Shown in pieces: positions 1-13,300 of a stretch of 64,000 nucleotides of DNA (position 1 is the first letter of the stretch; each line of letters starts with the position of its first letter). The notes under the pieces are model-generated. The model made no database searches. It saw nothing but the letters and a program-made list of their open reading frames with translations, and had not been told where the DNA came from. The stretch is taken from positions 2,001 through 66,000 of the forward strand of contig NMRA01000341.1 of NCBI GenBank assembly GCA_002633005.1. Reading direction: 5' to 3'. Position numbers and translations under genes: made by a program. The stretch is from Phoronis australis. Lineage: Eukaryota; Animalia; Phoronida.

Positions 1-868
1 TAGCAGCAAATTTAAGAATTTTGGATGTGATTAGTTCATGCTTTCTGAGAGCCTGGCTGAAAATATAGCAGCAAATTTAAGAATTTTGGATGTGATTAGT
101 TCATGCTTTCTGAGAGCCTGGCTGAAAATATAGCAGCAAATTTAAGAATTTTGGATGTGATTAGTTCATGCTTTCTGAGAGCCTGGCTGAAAATATAGCA
201 GCAAATTTAAGAATTTTGGATGTGATTAGTTCATGCTTTCTGAGAGCCTGGCTGAAAATATAGCAGCAAATTTAAGAATTTTGGATGTGATTAGTTCATG
301 CTTTCTGAGAGCCTGGCTGAAAATATAGCAGCAAATTTAAGAATTTTGGATGTGATTAGTTCATGCTTTCTGAGAGCCTGGCTGAAAATATAGCAGCAAA
401 TTTAAGAATTTTGGATGTGATTAGTTCATGCTTTCTGAGAGCCTGGCTGAAAATATAGCAGCAAATTTAAGAATTTTGGATGTGATTAGTTCATGCTTTC
501 TGAGAGCCTGGCTGAAAATATAGCAGCAAATTTAAGAATTTTGGATGTGATTAGTTCATGCTTTCTGAGAGCCTGGCTGAAAATATAGCAGCAAATTTAA
601 GAATTTTGGATGTGATTAGTTCATGCTTTCTGAGAGCCTGGCTGAAAATATAGCAGCAAATTTAAGAATTTTGGATGTGATTAGTTCATGCTTTCTGAGA
701 GCCTGGCTGAAAATATAGCAGCAAATTTAAGAATTTTGGATGTGATTAGTTCATGCTTTCTGAGAGCCTGGCTGAAAATATAGCAGCAAATTTAAGAATT
801 TTGGATGTGATTAGTTCATGCTTTCTGAGAGCCTGGCTGAAAATGTAGCAGCAAATTTAAGAATTTTG
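1..868. repeat. 65-bp tandem repeat, about 13 copies, nearly perfect, running off the left edge
   Basis: Unit tagcagcaaatttaagaattttggatgtgattagttcatgctttctgagagcctggctgaaaata recurs every 65 nt (1, 66, ... 781). Confidence 0.98.
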
Positions 869-902
869 ACACAAGTCAGTTTAGCTTATTACAAATACAT
901 AT

Positions 903-1093
903 TATGGACCCAGGAGTATGGATCCAGGAGTATGGATCCAGGAGTATGGATCCAGGAGTATGGATCCAGGAGTATGGATCCAGGAGTATGGATCCAGGAG
1001 ACAATGTTTTTCAAATCAAAGATTTTAAAGAAAAGTATGGACCCAGGAGACAATGTTTTTCAAATCAAAGATTTTAAAGAAAAGTATGGACCC
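903..1093. repeat. 14-bp minisatellite (tatggatccaggag) followed by a 2-copy ~50-bp duplication
   Basis: Directly visible. Confidence 0.9.
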
Positions 1094-1282
1094 GTATTAT
1101 CTGTGCGCACATAAAAGGAAAGATATAAAGATTTGTGAGTCGAGAAAAGAAGACAAATTGTACAGAATGTGAAGGTTGTAAAGATATGTGATTCTGCAAA
1201 GGAAAGAAAGTATAAATAAAAGAGGGCTGCACTGCAAAAGCACTGTCTTAAAGTCATCACTGAACATCTTCAATAAACTTAC

Positions 1283-1383
1283 GCATCAATGTTGGAGAAA
1301 AGCTTCAATTTTTCAGGAAAAACTTCAGATAACAGCACTGTGATATACTTCTTGCCAACAGATCTTATTCTTGACTGCAGATT
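1283..1383 (-). CDS. DPH1: DPH1 coding exon 10 ([34 protein letters not shown])
   Basis: ttttgcag acceptor, gtaagt donor, LLSE.FP.KL motif, phase matches previous exon. Confidence 0.93.
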
Positions 1384-4300
1384 CTGCAAAATAGAACAAC
1401 TAAGTTTTAATTGCAATACTTCAAGGCCAACTACCCACAGTACCTTCAAGGCCATTGGCCCACAGCATCTTCAAGGCCATCATCGGCCTACAGTGCCTTC
1501 AAGGCCCTGTACAATTACATTTTTAGTTATCAAGCGGCGTTAACAAGGATTCTCCTAATTTGAATGAGTTGTACACAACTGAAGGTTTAAGAATTTCTGT
1601 TGCACAGCACTTTTCATCAAAAGTAAACTCATGCTAATACCATTTCTTCAGGAAGCACCTTCTTCAACTTCTTTACAAAATTTCATGAAAATCTCTCCAA
1701 GAACTCCAAAAGAGTGCACACCAATCATCTGATTGGTCTAAAATTCATTATCACCAGTTGTCAGCTCCACAGTAACACATTTGCCAAATATCACAATGTT
1801 CTTGAAAAGGTTTATGGAGATTCAGCCAAAGACGCAAAAAAAAATCCCCACAAGGGGGCACCAGGTTAGTGAAACCCGTTCAGAAATCAACATCATCCAC
1901 GGTCTCCTAATTAGGAATACAGCTGCCAATTTTTATAATGATTGTTCAAACAGTTTGACAAACGATGAAAGATGAAGGCAGATGCCAAAAACGAGACTCG
2001 AAAATTTTAAAAATAGCCACTCGGTGGTATAGTCGTCAAAGCTGTCGGAAAATGGAAAGGTGTTGTTGCCTGTTGCCGCCTTATTAGAAGCCTAGTATAT
2101 GCTAAACTTTACGAAACCCTCTCCAAGAATTCCAAAGATAAAGAGAAAACTGTACAAAAATAAAACTGCCACAAGGTGACAGAGCGATTGTCACATAGGA
2201 CCAAAATTCATAATCATCAGTCGTCAGTTTCACTGGAACACATTTGCCAAATCTCATCAAAATCCTGCTTCGGATTTAGGAGATTTAGCTAGGTACACCG
2301 AACACCCAGACAGAGATGACGAAAATAAAAATCCGGCAGAGGGTTTGGGAGATACAGCCATAGATGCAGAAAACTGACACTAGGAGGCGCCACAGTAGTC
2401 TGTGTCATCTGAAAATCATCATCAGCCATAAAAACATAAATGCCAATTTTCAAAATCATCGGTTTAGTTGACAGAGGAGCGAATGCCAAAAACAGACTAG
2501 AGAAGAATAAAAATGGCCACTAGATGGAGCAAAATACGTCAAACCCATCCCTAAAACAGGAACATGTCATTGTTTTTTTAAAAGAAAGATATTTACCAAA
2601 TTTCATAAAAATTTGGTTGACAGAAGAAAGGACACCACAAAATGACTCAATAACGGTAAAAAAAGGTACTTGGCAGTGCAAAATATCTCGAATCCTTCCG
2701 AAAATAGGGGGATAGCGTCATCTCACTAACAGATGCCTATCTGTCAAATTTTTTGAAAATTTGTTGAGGACCTTTGAAGATATAGAGGTAAGCGTAAAAT
2801 AATACAAGAGCAACGCAGAGCGTTAAAATGTGCCCACAATTGCACTGCATACGGTATCCTTCTAGGGTTGTTTATTGGTACCATGAAGTGGCCAGTAGAG
2901 GGCATATATGTAGTATGTTGTACTTTGCAAAATGGAAAGGCATGGTCATTGTCTCCTCAATAGGCTAGGGGCAAAATGTGAGTGATCTTCATAATAAAAG
3001 CACATCTTATAAATCAGTTGCTTAAAGCACCACAGAAACATAGAATTAAAAACAAATTTACCAACATTCGAGATTAGCACAGCATTAGAATGCCAGAAAC
3101 AAATTTCTACTTGGAACTTTTCCTTCATAGTCACGAAGTAACACAAAGTATACACCTGAAGGCCTATGAAAATACAGAGGTCAATGTAAAATACTAAAAT
3201 TGCCACTAGAGGCATACCGGTAGTCAGAATCATCCTAAAGTCGTCATCGTTCGTTGTCAACATCACATAAATACACTTGCTAAATTTAGTAAAGATCCTG
3301 CAAANNNNNNNNNNNNNNNNNNNNNNNNNNNNNNNNNNNNNNNNNNNNNNNNNNNNNNNNNNNNNNNNNNNNNNNNNNNNNNNNNNNNNNNNNNNNNNNN
3401 NNNNNNNNNNNNNNNNNNNNNNNNNNNNNNNNNNNNNNNNNNNNNNNNNNNNNNNNNNNNNNNNNNNNNNNNNNNNNNNNNNNNNNNNNNNNNNNNNNNN
3501 NNNNNNNNNNNNNNNNNNNNNNNNNNNNNNNNNNNNNNNNNNNNNNNNNNNNNNNNNNNNNNNNNNNNNNNNNNNNNNNNNNNNNNNNNNNNNNNNNNNN
3601 NNNNNNNNNNNNNNNNNNNNNNNNNNNNNNNNNNNNNNNNNNNNNNNNNNNNNNNNNNNNNNNNNNNNNNNNNNNNNNNNNNNNNNNNNNNNNNNNNNNN
3701 NNNNNNNNNNNNNNNNNNNNNNNNNNNNNNNNNNNNNNNNNNNNNNNNNNNNNNNNNNNNNNNNNNNNNNNNNNNNNNNNNNNNNNNNNNNNNNNNNNNN
3801 NNNNNNNNNNNNNNNNNNNNNNNNNNNNNNNNNNNNNNNNNNNNNNNNNAGCGTCATCTCACTAATAGGTGCCTACATACCAAATTTCATGAAAATCCGT
3901 TCAGGACTTTTGAAGACACAAAGGTAAGCGTAAAAAACTAAAATTGCCACTAGGGGGCATAGCGGTAGTCGGATCCGTCCGAAAGTTTGCACATGCCGTC
4001 CCATTCATGAATGGAACATATGTGCCAAATTTCATGAACGTATGTCAAAGGGTTTTGGAGATAAAGCAGCGGACGCCGGACAGACGCCGCCCGGACGGAC
4101 GGACGGACGGACGGAGATGACGGCATATAAATATGTGGGCGCATAAAAATTGCAACTAGGGGGCACACTAGTAGCCAAATCCATCCAAATGTTCACTCAT
4201 GTCTTCCCATCAACACATGAAACACATATGCAAAATTTTATGAACAAATTATATCAATGGGTTTTGGGGATAGAGCAGAGAATGCTGGATGGACGCTGGA

Positions 4301-7300
4301 CGGATGGGGATGATGGCATAATGCGCCCATATATACATTATTTCTATGTGGGTACATCAAAAGATTCTTCAAGCAATTCGGATGCCAAAATAATAAAAAT
4401 AACCACTATGTGGTGCATTATACGTCAAATTCTTCCAGATGGGAAAGAATCATCAACTACTTAACATACAACAGGTAGTCCGACGTTGCAGATGGAGGCA
4501 GACATAAAAATAAAATTGTCACTAGGGGTACAACGCTAGATGGATCGGTGGAAAATTTTCTTTGCCTGTTGTCAGTTTCATAGGAACACACCTGCCAAAT
4601 CTCATGATCATGCAAGAAAATCAGGAGAAACAGCAGCAGATGGCTAGACTTTAGTCAAGACACCTCGTTAGAGATGACACCAATGTCAAAAACATGAGAC
4701 TTACACTTCAACGGAAAACAATGTACCTGCAGAATTTTAGGTGACCCTTGTCTTCCCAGAGTTCCCAGTATTATTCCAAATGTTGCAGCTTCAGATGCAC
4801 CTTCCACCGCCTTCTTACGATTGGCCAACATTTTCTCATAATCGTAATACTCGCGCGAGAAAACTTTACTATAAGGATCATATCTGTAAGACAGTTAACG
4901 ACCAGATGATTAATCTGATTGTCATCTAAATCACTATGGCTGGATTGATATTTTTAAGAATTATGAATGTCAAGGTCAAGAGCGATTTTGCAACTGCAAG
5001 AATTCAACAAAAAACCAACAACAGTTTAAAAGAAATCTCAACAAAGCTCTAACTAAATCATTGCTGTACACTACCTGTATGCTGGCAATGTGGGGTTGTG
5101 AATCATTATTGACTCCAGGTGAAAGCGGCCGTCTCCAAGATACCTGAAGGAAAATTAAGAAAATACTCTCAGTCTTTCAATGGCAATCATCTTTACCCAG
5201 AATGTACAACTTGTGGACTTCAGTTGTTTTAACTATTAAACCTTAACTAGTGTTTGAACCATAAACAAGGTTAAAATAAGTAAAATGGTAAAATGTGCAA
5301 CAATTTACAAAGTGATTTACAGAGCTAGGAAGAAAACTATTTCAAGATTCTTAGTAAATTAGTAGCAACTTAAGGAATTAACGCAGAGCCTTGACATGTG
5401 CCCACAGTGTGCATAGTAGATATAAGTGATGATCATTATTTCTAACATTCCTACTAAAGAGAGCAATACTAGAAAACGTTAATGCCACTCCCTAGGGCAA
5501 CGCTCTCCTCAGCAAGAACCACTTGCCATTTCCCATTTCAATTCCTTAAGCAGTTTGACACTGAGACAGGGCAGCATACGGCAAAGAACAGAAACAAATA
5601 AAATAACAGCAAGAACAGCTTAAAGCAATGAAATGCACCAATGTCTGCACCATACACAGTATGTTTTTTGGGCCCATGTACTAGGACAGCTAACACTTGC
5701 ATAAATTATTATAATTGCTGATATCTACTCAGATTATTTCTGCATGGTATTTTTGACAAAAACATGACATTATTTCGTAAAATTAGTCATCGAAACCATT
5801 GTCAAGTGACCCTTTCTGCTTTTGATAACTTCAGTAAACCCTTCTTGTAAATTGCCTCTGCCGAGCTATTCTTGAGCAAACTCACAAAATGATGTCTATT
5901 ATTTTCCAAAGCACATTTGGCAGTTCTAAGTGAGATAACTCATGGATAAGATGTATCCCAACCTGGTGACCAAAGTTAGTCAAAAATCAATATTGGTGGT
6001 GACCTTGGCAATATTCATTTTGAGTTGTTTGGTAGATAGATGCGAAAACCAAAAAAATAAACAAGAGCAATGCCAAGTGTTGAAATGCACCCACAACTGA
6101 ACCACAAATGGCAATCTTGCACCTCCCTTGCAGGGTAGATACAGTTGGCGACATGACATGGTGTTAATGGAACTGTCAAACATTCTCGAGAAGGCTAGGA
6201 GAGCAGCGAAAGTTACCATGTGACCTTGTGTGAGAAGTATATCATTAGACCTGGTGAGAGAATGACATCCGGAGAAGTACACAGAACATCCCGCACCAGG
6301 ATGGAGTAGGAGAGTGGAACACAAAAGCCGACATTGTAACAAAATGAATGAACCTTGGAGCAGACATTGTGCATTAGTCCAGATCGCAGAAGCAACTTGT
6401 AATGGTGGAACTTAAAGTCCAATGGGAAGAAGCGATTGAGACATTATTCGAAAGGAACAAGATGATGTATGCTGAACTTGAACAAGGAGTCCGTGCCAAG
6501 GGTTGGCCAGCATGGATTTTCCTCGTCAAAGTTGGCGCAGGAGGATTCCCTAGTCAATCTGTTCATCAACTATTGACAATATTTAGCTATTATGGGCAAG
6601 GATTATTGTAACGCAGTAAGACGATTTAGAGAAGCAGCGGAGTGGGCATAATGCTGGTTGTGGTGGAGACGAGAATAGATCAAATTGAAACCATCCTCTG
6701 ACGAGTAGTATCAGGTAAGGAGTTGCAGTGGCCGCCAACGGTGGTTACTTGGCTGATGACAAGGCCACCATATGGTGCTGAATACGTTGACTGTCTGAAA
6801 ATTGGTACCTCACCTTATAAAACTAACATCAAACCAAAAAGGATGAAAGTAAACAGTTTCCAAAATTTACAAAAAAGAAATAAAATATGCCATAAAGTGG
6901 CACAGAACTTGGCATCAGTTATTAGCGAGTCTAGTCTATGCTTCTTCTCAGAAAGAGCAGTAATAAGGAATCGCAAATACAAAGATAATGACACAAAATG
7001 ACACAACAGAACAGCATGTATTGAAATATGCTCAAAACTGAAAGCTGACATCACCTCCAAAATGTAACAGCCTGTAGGGATGTTGCAGTTTGTAGTCAAA
7101 TCCGTCTGAAAATGATCGACCTCCATCTCCGTAATGCCAGTACATACCCCCAAGTTTCATTGGAATTGGTTAATCAGCGTTCGAGCTGTCACCTTGAAAC
7201 CCTCTTCCTAAAAATACTGTAGGCCTTGTCCCTGGCCTTGAGGCAAGGGCAGATTGAAAAGTGGCATGCTCTACACATATCAAATGTCATTAAAATACAA

Positions 7301-10300
7301 CCAGAGATTTTTTAAATGAGCAGACAACTGGTCAATAGAAAAACTGGACAAAATGGAAACTAGAGGACATTGCAGTGGTCAAATCAGCCCAGAAAAATTG
7401 ACTGGTCCCATTGACTGGTTCCGTTAATTGGTTCCATTGACTGGTTCAATTGACCGGTCCCATCGACTGGTTCCATTGATTGGTTCCAACACATTGCAGT
7501 CACATACCCAGGACTGTCAAGTTTCATTGAAATCCTGCCATCGGTTCCATAGCCATCATCTGGAAACTAACATCCTCAAGAAATGGTGGAAAGTGCCTCA
7601 AGATCAAAACGGCCAGTAGATGGTGCTGCAGAGGTTGAATCCACATCTGTATCAAGATTCATTATTTAAAATCTTTTCAAGAGTTCTCTAGATATCATCC
7701 AAAAATGCTCTACTTCTACCCAAAAATATTGAAAAAGCCCCCTGTCTAGATCAAAATGGCTTCTAAGGGAGGAGGGTGTTGCAGAGACCGAATGGCTTCT
7801 AAGGGAGGTGGGTGCTGCAGAGACCGAATGGCTTCTAAGGGAGAGGGGTGCTGCAGAGACCGAATGGCTTCTATGGGAGGGGGGTGCTGCAGAGACTGAA
7901 TCTGTTCCATAAATCAACTGGTGACACTGCATTGTTGTCACTAACTTCTACGACACGATTCATTGACATCTGTCAATCAACTCTCCAGATATCGTCCAAA
8001 AACGTTCTTGCCCTACTGAAGAAGTACTGAAAAAATCCCTGATTGAGACCAAAATGGTCACTTAGGAGTGTTACCGAGGTCAAATCTGCTAAAAAATCAG
8101 TTGGTGCGAGAGCTGTTGTCACAAACTTCGGTGTCAAGTTTCAGTGAAATCTATCCTTCGGTTCTCTAGATATTATCTGGACATGCTCTTCCCCTCTGGC
8201 TCCCGGGCAAAGCAAATTGAAAAGTGGCAGGCATCGCCCAAATGTTGGCCTTCACCCTGGTGTTGGCTTTCACCCTGATGGTGGCCTTCACCCTGATGTT
8301 GGCCTTCACCCTGATGTTGGCCTTCACCCTGGTGTTGGCCTTCACCCTGGTGTTGGCCTTCACCCTGATGTTGGCCTTCATCCTGATGTTGGCCTTCACC
8401 CTGGTGTTGGCCTTCACCTTGATGTTGGCCTTCACCCTGATGTTGGCCTTCACCCTGATGTTGGCTTTCACCCTGGTGTTGGCCTTCACCCTGGTGTTGG
8501 CCTTCACCCTGGTGCTGGCCTTCACCCTGGTGTTGGCCTTCATCCTGATGTTGGTCTACACTGCGGTGTCAATTTCATCCAGATTCACTAGGGCTTTATG
8601 AGATACCGAGTACACAGCTGGACAATAGCAAAACCAGACAAAACAGCCATTAGGAGGTGTTGCAGCAGCGGAAATTGTTACAGTATCAATTGGTGCTGGC
8701 ACAATGCCATCTCCCATGTCCGCTGGTGGTCTGACTGCCAACACTTTTATCTGTCATATCATGTGGTCCTTCTGCATCTTGATGAGTGGTCTGAATCTTC
8801 CATCAGTCCAAACTTAGGAATGACCCACATTAAAGTACTGACTTCACAGGCACCTCTACTTTGACGTTAAATCATTTTATGATTTCAGTCAGTAACAGAC
8901 TTCTTTGGTATGTGTGTCCAATAAAATCTTAATTGTTATCAAAACAAAAGGATTTTGAACTCACACAATTGCGTCAACACAAGACAACCTAGGAGAGGTG
9001 CATCCTAGAATCTCTCCAGGTGACAGGGGCTTGGACTGAGGAACCAGCACCTTGTAGTCAGGGGACAGCTGTTGACTGGAAGACTGCAACAGAAATTAAA
9101 TATTATTAAATGTTCACTTAGTGAATAAATTATCCCACCACTTCAGGATGTGCACATTTTAAGGCTAAAAGTTCAACGTCTTAGCAAAATTTTTGCTTTA
9201 TATGCATTCTGAAAATAATCACTCATTTAAATTATCAAACTTTTTGATTAGAAAATTCAGGTTAGGAAAAATACCTTTCATTTAATTTGAGCCAGGAGAT
9301 GCTCTACCTTCACCACATTACTTCTTTCTCGAAATTACCAACAATGTAACTGTGATGGAGGTACAAATGTGTGGTCATGAATGCTATACCTGCCATTTTG
9401 CACAAACACATGGGGGACATTTAGACTATGGGACCACCACCTTGTAAGGCACACTTGTTGATTGAGGACCCACCAACTTGTAGGGGACAAACGTTGACTG
9501 AGGACCCATCACCTTGTAGGGGACACTTGTAGAGTGAAGACGCGCATCCTAAATGGATACAAGTGTTGTACCCTCTTCCAAAGGAACACAGTGACACACC
9601 ACTAAGGAACATAAATGTCAATTTTCATGACTGTCAGAAAAAGAGTTCTCACATATATTGATATAACAAAAAATCTTTCTCAACAGCGACAACCGGGAAG
9701 GTGATGCTAGGCTCATCCTTCCAGCATCATGTCAAGTTCACTATCTACAAAATGTGACCTTGTCAAGAGGCAGTAGGGTAAACATAAGAATTAACATATG
9801 GGTCCAGAAATTTATGCAACATTGTACATACCTGCAGTGCAGCCACAAACTGAATGGTGCTAACCAGAGCCAATGAGCTGCCTTCTTTGAAGTTGTGCCT
9901 CACTGTGTCGATGAAATGCACAAGGTCTATCTGTATATCGACAAACACATAGAGCATCTTCAGGCTAGATGATGTGGTATCAATGGGGACTGGAATCACA
10001 TAAAAAGGGGTATGTTATAGTACGCCAAGACCAAATATTTGGCAATTATAATTTAAACATATAGGTATGATTGTTGGAAGTGGCAACAACATATCAAAAT
10101 AGCATCAAAGGAACATCATCATCAAACCAGCAGAAGTGAATACCTACCTGATCACAGGTGAATACCTACCTGATCACAGGTGAATACCTAACTAACAGTT
10201 GATCCATCAGCTGTTAAGTTCATCACATTTAGTGTTAACTTTCATTCAAATATTTCAAATACTTTTGACAAAAAACGCACTGATAGGTATTATCTTGTCA

Positions 10301-13300
10301 AAACATAATGGCTGCCAGCGTACTCCTGCAATCAAACCTGTTCAAAATTGATTGGTGAAGACACCTTCCCAGCGATATTTTTGAAAAGTGAAACAACCAA
10401 CAGGGGGTCCTATGGTTGTTGAATGTGTAGAAAATCAACGGGTACAAAAACCTCCAAGTCAAAGATCTTTGTGTTAAGTTTTATCAAATCTTTCATGCCA
10501 ATATAATAATTCATGGACCAAAATCTTCTCTAAAACAAAATGGCCTAGAGGTGGTCCCACTGTAACTGAATTTGTCTAAATATCAACTGAAGCTGGCGTA
10601 TACCCATCACATGTCTTTGGGTCACTACTTTTGGCAACATCTGTCAAGTCGTTACACCAAAAATTGTTGACAAAAAAAAAACTTCCAACAGGGGATGCTA
10701 CAGTAGTCGAAACCGACCAACAATCAAATGGAGCTGGTGTATTCCCACTAGACCTCTATATCAAAGTTGTAATCTTTTGCTCAGTTGCTTTCCTAACTTA
10801 CGAATAAGGAATTTCTTGTTAAAAACTAAAATGGCCAACAAGGTTTGCACGGTAGAAGAATCTGTTTGAAAGTCAACTGTCTGCTGCTAGCACATCACCA
10901 CCACATAACTTGGCACCAAATTTCATCAGGATCCTTTGAGCATTTTCCGTGACAATCAAAGGTCAAACAAGGGTAACGCCACACAGATGCTGTCCAGACA
11001 CTGCGCCGACGACTGACTTACTATATGCGATCACAAAACTTTTAGTGAGCACGTAAAAAGCATTACTCTCAAGATCTTACAGAAACACAAAATAACATAA
11101 AAACAAGCATCACGATAGACACAGACGTGCTGAGAAATATAAATCTTTTGAAAATAGAGGAAAACATTGTGCACTCATTCAGTAATTCAGAATGCAATAT
11201 GTCCTCACCCAGACAACTGTGGCCATAATGTACCATGAAGTCTGCCCCTAGAGCCTTGGCGGTGAAGTCATCAATGCAGCAAGCACCATAGGTCACATCC
11301 CCCATAATCAGCGTCTCAGCTCCAGTGAACCTTATGACAAATGAATAGCAAACAAATAGTTTAAAGCTGCACAAAGTAGATCTCGACCTCGCAGACATAC
11401 TCTGACCACTAACTTTTTGGAACATAGCTGCAAATCTCAGATTTTTAATTTAAAAGTTGAAGGCAAAATCAAGATAATTATAAAGCAAGCAAAAAAGTGG
11501 TAACATCCTTTTGAACACCGATTTTGATTCCAATATTAACTTTACTGTGCATCATGTTAGATTTTACCAGCCGCTCCAAACAAGAGCAACGTCATTGAAG
11601 CCTTGATATCCACCCACAGTACACCATAAAGAGGTGCATATCAGCTTCATGTAAAGTACAAGGAGACAAAAATTTCCCACAAGGTGTAGCTGCTATAGTC
11701 ATAACAGACAAAAAGTGTTTATGGTACCTTGTCCTTTTAAACTAACACCAAACCAAATGGTTTAAAAAGACTTAGTGAAGTTTTCAGCATTTGCAACAAA
11801 GAAATAAAACATGCCACAAAGAGACACGCCAATAGGCATCAGATGGTTAAAACAGGACCGGTCTAGTCTACTTCTTTTCATACAAGAACAATCCTGAAGT
11901 TTCACAAAGATAGACACAAAATGACATAGCGGAAAGAGCACAGTCATGTTTATATCTGTTGAAAACTGACGGCCACTATCATTTCCAAAATAGCAATAGT
12001 CAGCAGGGGGAGCTGCAGTAATCAAATCAGCTAGAAAATCATCACATACCTCTTTCAATCAGTTCTCTGGAAATCATATGGAAACAGTCTTCCTCCCATT
12101 GTGAAAATTTATGCAAAAGTATGCAACACTTTGCGAGATATCACCATGCATTAGAAGCAAAGCACACACGTGCTCCATTAGTGGGATTCTCATGTCTACG
12201 AAATGCTATTCAGGTCAATCATGGCCACAAAGGAATGCTGCAGAGGTTGAATTAGACCAAAAATTGACTCGTCCCTGCACATTGCAATCACATACCCATA
12301 GTTAAGTTTCATAGTAATTCAAGAACCAAATCTCCGTACGTCATCTGGAAAATGTTTTTCTCCAAAAACAGATGAATGAAAAGTCCCTTAATGAGGCCAA
12401 AATGGCAACAAGATGGTGCTGAAAAGGTCGAATCCATCTGGCACCGATGCAATGTTGTCACATACCTATGTGCCCAACTTCATTCAAATACATCCATCAG
12501 TTCACCACATGATCTTTCCAAAAATACTGAAAAGTCAAATCCCAAAACATGACCAGGGATTTGTGATGTCCATCAGACAACTGGACAAAATGGCCAATAG
12601 AGGTGCTAAAGTAATCGAAATCGCATAAAAATAGACTGGTGATGGAGCATTGCCATCACATACCCGTGTCGAGTGTCATTGAAGTCCATCAAATAGTCCT
12701 GTAGAAATCATGTGGAAACACTCTTCCCCACAAAAGTACTGAAAAAGCCCACAAAAGTACAGAAAAAGCTCTTTGTCAAGGACAAACAGCAACTGGGAGG
12801 TGCTGCACTAAGAGAATCTAACCGTAAATCGATTCTCCAGATATTATCCAGATATACGCTTCCTTCTGCCCCTGAGGTGAAGGGGTAGAGGGCCCTAGCA
12901 TCGCTCTTGCGTCAAATTATGTAACAATCCAATCAGGTGATTTTGATATATCAATCAATCCCTCGCACACCTGGACAACCGGACATTTCAACATAATATA
13001 TGTGGGTGCATAAAAGAATTTGTCAGAACATAAGCTTATGACAACACTCATCTGGGGAGGCTGATCAGCTGACTGAACAGCCCATGTCATTTTTCTTGAA
13101 ACTAGATATTGTTAGGTAGAGTTCCCAATTTAATGTCGACAGTATAACTGCCATGAGTAACAAATGAAGGCTGATTTACAAACAAGTTTTATCGAGTACA
13201 ATGAATATCCTGATAGACAAGAGTCTGAACTTCAAAGGATGTTCTTTTCATGGTTAGATTCTTTAGGTACATACTTAGGTAATTAGCCAATGACAGAGAT

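Noticed and set aside
1-868. CRISPR-like array or hammerhead (ctgagagcctggctgaaa) in the 65-bp repeat
   Set aside because: Units are head-to-tail with no unique spacers and no cas genes; the core lacks CUGANGA spacing, stem II would have a 1-nt loop and stem III does not pair
2946-3927. 303-aa and 216-aa ORFs
   Set aside because: Length comes from the N gap
6745-6790. Hammerhead at ctgatga in the HERO-like 3' region
   Set aside because: No GAAA at the right distance (gaat) and no convincing stems I and III
8166-8601. Repetitive ORFs (VKANTR)n, (GLHPDV)n, (LAFTLM)n
   Set aside because: Translations of an 18-bp minisatellite inside a DPH1 intron; open in several frames only because the unit length is divisible by 3
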